The notes under the pieces: generated by a model
Told to the model about the DNA's origin: nothing
Database searches by the model: none
The model's input: the letters and a program-made list of their open reading frames with translations, nothing else
Source of the DNA: Eledone cirrhosa
Taxonomy: Eukaryota
Assembly: GCA_964016885.1 (NCBI GenBank)
Contig: OZ024743.1
Span: 65,286,001 to 65,350,000, forward strand
Direction of reading: 5' to 3'
Length of the DNA: 64,000 bases
Shown here: piece by piece, positions 55,469 through 64,000 of the stretch
Layout: each line of letters begins with the position of its first letter
Numbering within the stretch: position 1 is the first letter of the stretch
Translations under genes and position numbers: made by a program

Positions 55469-55733
55469 CTCCCCCTCACTCTCTTTCGTTCCCTCTATTT
55501 CTCCATCCGCTTCTCTCTCTCTCTATATATGTATAGACCTCCCCTTCAGTTACAAATGGCCACGGGATTTCCACCTAGATAGTTCCCCTTCCGAGACACA
55601 AGTTCGGGCAAGGTGTTTTTGCATACCGGTCTCCCCTCCCCACATCTTCAAGAGAAAGACAAAGGCCGATCATTTCTACAGCTGAGTGAACTGGAGCATG
55701 AAATAAAGTGTCTTGCTCAAAGGTACAATGTAT

Positions 55734-55774
<41 letters not shown>

Positions 55775-56269
55775 CATAAAATGAGATCAATATCCCCACA
55801 GGTACTAAGTACCCCTGGAAATATATAGGGTGTCTATAATACAGTTGTTGTTCAATGGTATTAATTTGAGATACCAAAACTATAAAATTGAGGTGAGCGG
55901 AACAAGCAAACTTTAAACATTCTTTTAAAATACATTAAAAAAATATAATTTAAATATTTACCTATCCATATTGCTTTTACCGACGGTTTCGCCTCACAAA
56001 AGATTGGAAATCCAGGGGACTTCCAATGGAAAGATTGGCTCTTCAGAAAGCTATTTCCCTTACATAGGACGTATAGATCGAGTGGGCCGTAAAATGACCT
56101 ACACATGAACTGGTCGTTTAGTAAAAGCGGGAATATTATAGACGTGTTGTTTGCCACTACTAAAAATAGCAGCTAGGTACAACGTTTTTTTCTCTACACA
56201 TGGGAAAATATACATAAAATGAGATCAATATCCCCACAGGTGCTAAATATATAAATGTGTGTATGTATA

Positions 56270-56305
<36 letters not shown>

Positions 56306-56354
56306 CATATATATGTATATATGTATATATTTATATATGTATGTATGTATGTAT

Positions 56355-56730
56355 TTATGGAAACCCTATCATTAAAACACATAATAAATTTCCTGCCTTA
56401 ACGACACTGGAAAGCCTATCTTTAAAACACCCGAGAAACCGCAATTGATAATCAACCTCGTAAAGTGACTAGCTAAGCTTATGTAGGTGTGAATTGTAAA
56501 AATACTGGAGACCCTATCATTAAAACATGATGCAACCTAGTATGGTGACTAGCTAAACCTACATAGGTGTGAGTTGTAACAATACTGGGTCTTCTATCAT
56601 TAAAACACAGAGAAATCTCCTATGATATACAATTTCGTAGAAAACTAGGCTAAATCTTCAAATGTGTGAGCTGTAACAACACTGGAGACCCTATCATTAA
56701 AACAACCGAGAAAATTCCTCTAATATGCAA
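56355..56730. repeat. Diverged ~80-100-bp tandem repeat (3-4 copies)
   Basis: Recurrent CTAGCTAA...GTGTGAGTTGTAACAATACTGGAGACCCTATCATTAAAACA. Confidence 0.65.
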
Positions 56731-56751
56731 CATCCTCCTCCTCCTCCTCCT

Positions 56752-56889
<138 letters not shown>

Positions 56890-56976
56890 CCCTCCCCCCT
56901 CCTCCCCCATAGGAAATAGCCGTCGAAACGGCTTGAGCTATACCGTCGGGGTCTTGAACATTTTCCTATATTTATA

Positions 56977-57115
<139 letters not shown>

Positions 57116-57362
57116 AATAGGGAAATGTTAGACCCCGGCGGCAGAGCTCAAGCCATTTCGACGGCTATTTCTGGACTAAATTAGAATTTTTAGAGTGGTA
57201 AGTATTGAGTACTCTGGTGCGATATGGTCCATCTGGTTCCTTACCACACCGCCTTCGTTATATATATATATATATATATATATATGTAAAATTTGTTCTT
57301 ATTTTAAAGCACCTCCTTGGATTAGTTGCATTTATTTGTGATTACCATTATTATTAAATAAT

Positions 57363-57481
57363 ATTTACGGCCATATCACGCTGAAAACACCGGTTCTCGT
57401 CCGATCACCGAAGTTAAGCAACGTCGAGCCTTGTTAGTACTTAGATGGGTGACCGCTTGGGAACCCTAGGTGCCGTAAGCA
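57363..57481 (+). rRNA. 5S rRNA, full-length solitary copy (probably a retrocopy or the head of a composite SINE)
   Basis: 119 nt: TTACGGCCATATCACGCTGAAAACACCGGTTCTCGTCCGATCACCGAAGTTAAGC...GTTAGTACTTAGATGGGTGACCGCTTGGGAACCCTAGGTGCCGTAAGCA; terminal stem TTACGGC/GCCGTAA; box A and box C present. Confidence 0.93.
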
Positions 57482-57493
57482 TTTACTGCTAAT

Positions 57494-57690
57494 GAACGGT
57501 GGATTGGTTGTATCGGTAGAGGGTCTGACGCCATGCTTTGCAGCACAGTTACATCCCTTTACGGACTGAGTTCAAATCCCGCCGAGGTTAACTTTGCCTT
57601 TCATCCTTACGGGGTCGATAAAATAAAGTACCAGTAATACACTGGGATAATTGCTGGCCTTGTGCCAAAAGTAGAAACAATTATTATTAA
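57494..57690 (+). mobile_element. Family-1 SINE fused downstream of the 5S sequence
   Basis: CGGTGGATTGG head, B-box, central domain and tail. Confidence 0.88.
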
Positions 57691-57824
57691 ATAATGAAGA
57701 CTGCTAGATTATCAGAACAGGTGGAGGGTCGGGGTAGGGTTCAACTCAGACCGTAAAGGTCCGCAACTAAATGCTGCAAGGCCTTTTATCCGACAGGCTT
57801 TACCTATACTACCAATCCACCAAC

Positions 57825-58360
57825 CTTCTTCTTCTTCTTCTTCTTCTTCTTCTTCTTCTTCTTCTTCTTCTTCTTCTTCTTCTTCTTCTTCTTCTTCTTC
57901 TTCTTCTTCTTCTGCTGCTGCTGCTGCTGCTGCTTCGCTCACTTATTCTTGAAAAGGTCGTGGGGGCAGAGTCCTTAAACACTCCTTGCAGCAGGTCCTG
58001 TCAGAAGCAACCGTTTCCAACTGATCCGACTGGATTCCCAAGCAAGACCAGCCCAGCTCATGGATGTTATCCAACCATCTTGCTCGGGGTCCACCCCTGG
58101 GTCTCCCACCGGTTGGTTTTGCCCGTAAAATATGTCCAACGATTCTTTCCTGAAACATTCTAACCACATGTCCATAGTATCGGAGCTGTGATCTCTCAAT
58201 TCCGAGAAGTCGCTGCTCTACCTGGAGTGACTCTCTGATCTCCGAGCTACGTACTCTATCGAGTAACGTTACTTCAAAGACCCTTTGGAGGAACCCCATT
58301 TCGGCTGCTTCTATTCGTGATCATATTCTTTCGGTCATTACCCAAGATTAATGACCATAT
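57825..58360 (-). mobile_element. RTE-clade LINE 3' fragment with (GAA)n tail
   Basis: ORF 57943..58299 MGFLQRV...ERSQLRYYGHVVRM...GRPRGGPRARW. Confidence 0.88.
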
Positions 58361-58409
58361 TGTAACTTCTTAATTAAATGTAATATGGATGCTGCACAAT
58401 GGAATAATT

Positions 58410-58598
58410 AATTGTTTCTAATTTTGGCACAAGGCCAGCAAATTACCCAGTGCATTACTGGTACTTTATTTTATCGACACCGTAAGGATGAAAGGCAAAG
58501 TTAACTTCGGTGGGCTTTGAACTCAGAATGGCAAGGGCCGTAACTCTATGCGTCAAAGCATGGTGTCCGACCCTCTATTGATACTGCCAATCCACCGC
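58410..58598 (-). mobile_element. Family-1 SINE with 17-19-bp TSD
   Basis: GCACAATGGAATAATTAAT at 58394-58412 and 58597-58615. Confidence 0.9.
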
Positions 58599-59206
58599 AC
58601 AATGGAATAATTAATAAGTAAGCTTCGCAATAATTAGGTCTCGGGTGTGACATCTTGGGCATGTCTCATTTACCATAGCCTCAGGTCGACCCAAGTCTTA
58701 CAACTGAAATTTGGTAGACGTAAATTGTTCGGAAGCCAGTCAGATGAACTTGTCGTAGTTAATGACCATAGGAATTATGTTAAAGATACTAGTATCTGTG
58801 GAATGTCCAGTTACTTGCCAGTTAAATTCACGTGCAGGCTGTTTCGTTGACCAAACAACTGGAATACTCACCCTCTAAACCGACGGAGATCCATCTCATT
58901 AATTGTAAATATGGTTCGATTTTGAGAATTCATAATCGGCATTATATTGGCACACAGCCTCTGTCACTCTCTCTCTCTTTCTCCCCCCTCTCTCTCTCTC
59001 TCTCTCTATCATACACAAACACGTATTTACATGTATTTGTGTATGTATGTATGTATGTATGTATGTGTGTATTTATGTATAAATATATATACATATATAT
59101 AAGTGTGTGTGTGTGTCTGTGTGTGTGTGCGTGTGTGTGTGTATGTGTGTGTCAACACACGTACACAGATATATACAAGCAGACAAATATACATACACAC
59201 AAAAAC

Positions 59207-59238
<32 letters not shown>

Positions 59239-59814
59239 ATGTGTGTATGTGTGTGTGTCTGTGTGTATACGCGAGTGTGCATATGTGTGCCTGTGTGTGT
59301 TAACACACACACATACACATATACAGGTTCAGAAACACATGTGTATATATGTGTATGTGTGTGTATGTGTGTGTATGTGTGTGAATGTGTGTGTATGTTT
59401 CTGTGTATGTGTGTGAATATGTGTGTGTATGTGTGTGTGTATGTGTATGTGTGTGTGTATGTGTATGTGTGTATGTGTGTGTATGTGTGTATGTGTGTGT
59501 ATGTGTGTATGTGTGTATGTGTGTATGTGTGTGTATGTGTGTGAATGTGTGTGTACATTTGTGTGAGTACAGTCTAAGTATTTCTTTGTGTGGGTTTCTG
59601 ACTAAAGTAGAAGTTGTATTGCAAGTTAACCCCGCTTCAATATCACATGGCTTCCAATGTGATGTAGAGACAGCTAAACTGATAGTGTACATACTTACAG
59701 AGACACATACACACACACACATTCACAGATACAGACACAGACACACAGTTATACACACATACATTCACTCGATCACATACGTGCACATACACACGCACGC
59801 ACACACGTACGTAC

Positions 59815-59892
<78 letters not shown>

Positions 59893-60746
59893 ATATATAT
59901 ATATTGACACGTAAATAAACCCCTCATGTGTGATGTAATAGTATTCGTGGTATAGACGATGGCCTGTCGAAATTGTGGGGTTCCCGCTAGCGATCCCGGG
60001 GCCAAAGTTAGCTACGTTCCTAGAGTACTCGGAAAAATTAATTTCCATTTCTTTCGCTGGACGATACCACTCGAGACTGGCTGACTCATGGTGGTGGGTG
60101 TGCTGGCTGGGACTCTCATTCGAAATCTTTACTCTATATCCCATTCTAATATCTTATCGAGTTAAATAAAATAATTTTTTTTCGTATAAGACTCTCTCCG
60201 TAAGTTCGTTAAATAAATAAATCTCGCTACCTCTATTTTTCAATTTACCATTTTGCAATTTAATATTTTTAATTTAATTTAATTTCATCCTATAACTCGC
60301 AACATAAGTTTAGCGTTCCAATCTTCGGTTCACACATTAGACCATACAGACACACATTATAGATTCTTTGGGTAGCATTTTTTTCGCGGCATTTTCTAAC
60401 ATGAATGTAGTTTGACCCTTACACTACACTTCTTTCTCCCTTTCTATCTTTTTTCCCCTTCTTCTTTGACGGAGTGGTGGTAGTACATGATAGGCCTGCG
60501 CCCCCTTACCAGATATTCACTGGTAGTTTTCGGTTGCCAACACTTTGAGGGCGGCTGGCTGTGAGGCTAGTTGGTCGGCCGTCCTCTCTGTCTCTGATTT
60601 TTCGGACCCATGGGTTTTTACAGATTCCTTTGTTATATTCCAATACCTGATGATATCACCGGATTCATATGGAACCCGGTCATTGAAATGATCATAGTAT
60701 AATAAACCTTTCAAGGATTTACACCAGTCCAGTCTCCTGTTATTTC

Positions 60747-60800
<54 letters not shown>

Positions 60801-60977
60801 CGATTCTTTGCTTAAACTTTAATCTGTTATTTTAATAAATATATATATATATATATACAAAATTAAGTTAAATTAAGGGTGTCATGTCAGATAGACATGC
60901 GCCATATCATCCGTAAAATAGGCTCCAAGATTCCAATGAATAGATCCGAGCATTATATATCAACTAGAAATTGATTG

Positions 60978-62157
<1,180 letters not shown>

Positions 62158-62179
62158 TATCCAGGAAGTGTAACGAGGA

Positions 62180-62210
<31 letters not shown>

Positions 62211-62328
62211 AATATATATATATATATATATATAGATGTTAACTGTTAACTTTTAAAACAAATTAATCTGGCAATGATGAATTTCATCAGTTGTGTCACT
62301 ATATCCGTTTGATCCCTCGTTGAACACC

Positions 62329-64000
62329 AGAAGAGCTCAGTGACATGGCAACACTATAGAAGAGCTCAGTGACATGGCAACACTATAGAAGAACTGAGTG
62401 ACATGGCAACACTATAGAAGAGCTCAGTGACATGGCAACACTATAGAAGAACTAAGTGACATGGCAACACTATAGAAGAGCTCAGTGACATGGCAACACT
62501 ATAGAAGAACTAAGTGACATGGCAACACTATAGAAGAGCTCAGTGACATGGCAACACTATAGAAGAGCTCAGTGACATGGCAACACTATAGAAGAGTTCA
62601 GTGACATGGCAACACTATAGAAGAGCTCAGTGACATGGCAACACTATAGAAGAACTAAGTGACATGGACAACACTATAGAAGAGTTCAGTGACATGGCAA
62701 CACTATAGAAGAGCTCAGTGACATGGCAACACTATAGAAGAGCTCAGTGACATGGCAACACTATAGAAGAGCTCAGTGACATGGCAACACTATAGAAGAA
62801 CTAAGTGACATGGCAACACTATAGAAGAGTTCAGTGGACATGGCAACACTATAGAAGAACTAAGTGACATGGCAACACTATAGAAGAGCTCAGTGACATG
62901 GCAACACTATAGAAGAACTAAGTGACATGGCAACACTATAAGAAGAGCTCAGTGACATGGCAACACTATAGAAGAGCTCAGTGACATGGCAACACTATAG
63001 AGAGTTCAGTGACATGGCAACACTATAGAAGAGCTCAGTGACATGGCAACACTATAGAAGAGCTCAGTGACATGGCAACACTATAGAAAGAACTGAGTGA
63101 CATGGCAACACTATAGAAGAACTGAGTGACATGGCAACACTATAGAAGAACTAAGTGACATGGCAACACTATAGAAGAGCTCAGTGACATGGCAACACTA
63201 TAGAAGAACTAAGTGACATGGCAACACTATAGAAGAGCTCAGTGACATGGCAACACTATAGAAGAACTAAGTGACATGGCAACACTATAGAAGAACTGAG
63301 TGACATGGCAACACTATAGAAGAGCTCAGTGACATGGCAACACTATAGAAGAACTAAGTGACATGGCAACACTATAGAAGAGCTCAGTGACATGGCAACA
63401 CTATAGAAGAACTAAGTGACATGGCAACACTATAGAAGAACTGAGTGACATGGCAACACTATAGAAGAGTTCAGTGACATGGCAACACTATAGAAGAGTT
63501 CAGTGACATGGCAACACTATAGAAGAGCTCAATGACATGGCAACAACTATAGAAGAACTAAGTGACATGGCAACACTATAGAAGAGCTCAGTGACATGGC
63601 AACACTATAGAAGAGCTCAGTGACATGGCAACACTATAGAAGAGCTCAGTGACATGGCAACACTATAGAAGAGTTCAGTGACATGGCAACACTATAGAAG
63701 AACTGAGTGACATGGCAAACACTATAGAAGAACTGAGTGACATGGCAACACTATAGAAGAACTAAGTGACATGGCAACACTATAGAAGAGCTCAGTGACA
63801 TGGCAACACTATAGAAGAGTTCAGTAACATGGCAACACTATAGAAGAGCTCAGTGACATGGCAACACTATAGAAGAGTTCAGTGACATGGCAACACTATA
63901 GAAGAGCTCAGTTACATGGCAACACTATAGAAGAGTTCAGTGACATGGAAACACTATAGAAGAGCTCAGTGACATGGCACGACTATAGAAGAGCTCAGTG
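62329..64000. repeat. 29-bp tandem satellite (>=57 copies, runs off the window)
   Basis: Unit AGAAGAGCTCAGTGACATGGCAACACTAT, with variants GAACTAAG, GAACTGAG and GAGTTCAG. Confidence 0.97.

Noticed and set aside
60510-60737. Minus-strand exon-like segment (ORF 60517..60714)
   Set aside because: It has an in-frame stop before the donor and no recognisable protein.

Overview
Eukaryotic, AT-rich, microsatellite-dense DNA made almost entirely of repeats. The SINE families and microsatellite load suggest an octopus-like cephalopod genome (inference). No host protein-coding gene can be supported; most ORF-track entries are translated microsatellites. Contents: a 65-bp satellite (~89 copies), a 29-bp satellite at the right edge, and a 21/24-bp minisatellite; decayed retroelements (two Penelope-like, four R4/Dong-like, CRE, several RTE, CR1-like, Tx1-like and an RNase H fragment); a Helitron-like non-autonomous element; and ~20 tRNA-derived SINEs of two families. 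Most notable: (1) a ~442-bp non-coding unit, present twice in different circular permutations, carrying a well-formed type I hammerhead ribozyme and upstream octamer-motif repeats, i.e. a candidate retrozyme; (2) several other short non-coding families with minimal hammerhead cores, inserted as fold-backs into (TA)n tracts, the signature of Penelope-like mobilisation; (3) a full-length 5S rRNA fused to a SINE, with one 16-bp target-site duplication around both. All calls were made by eye and boundaries are approximate.
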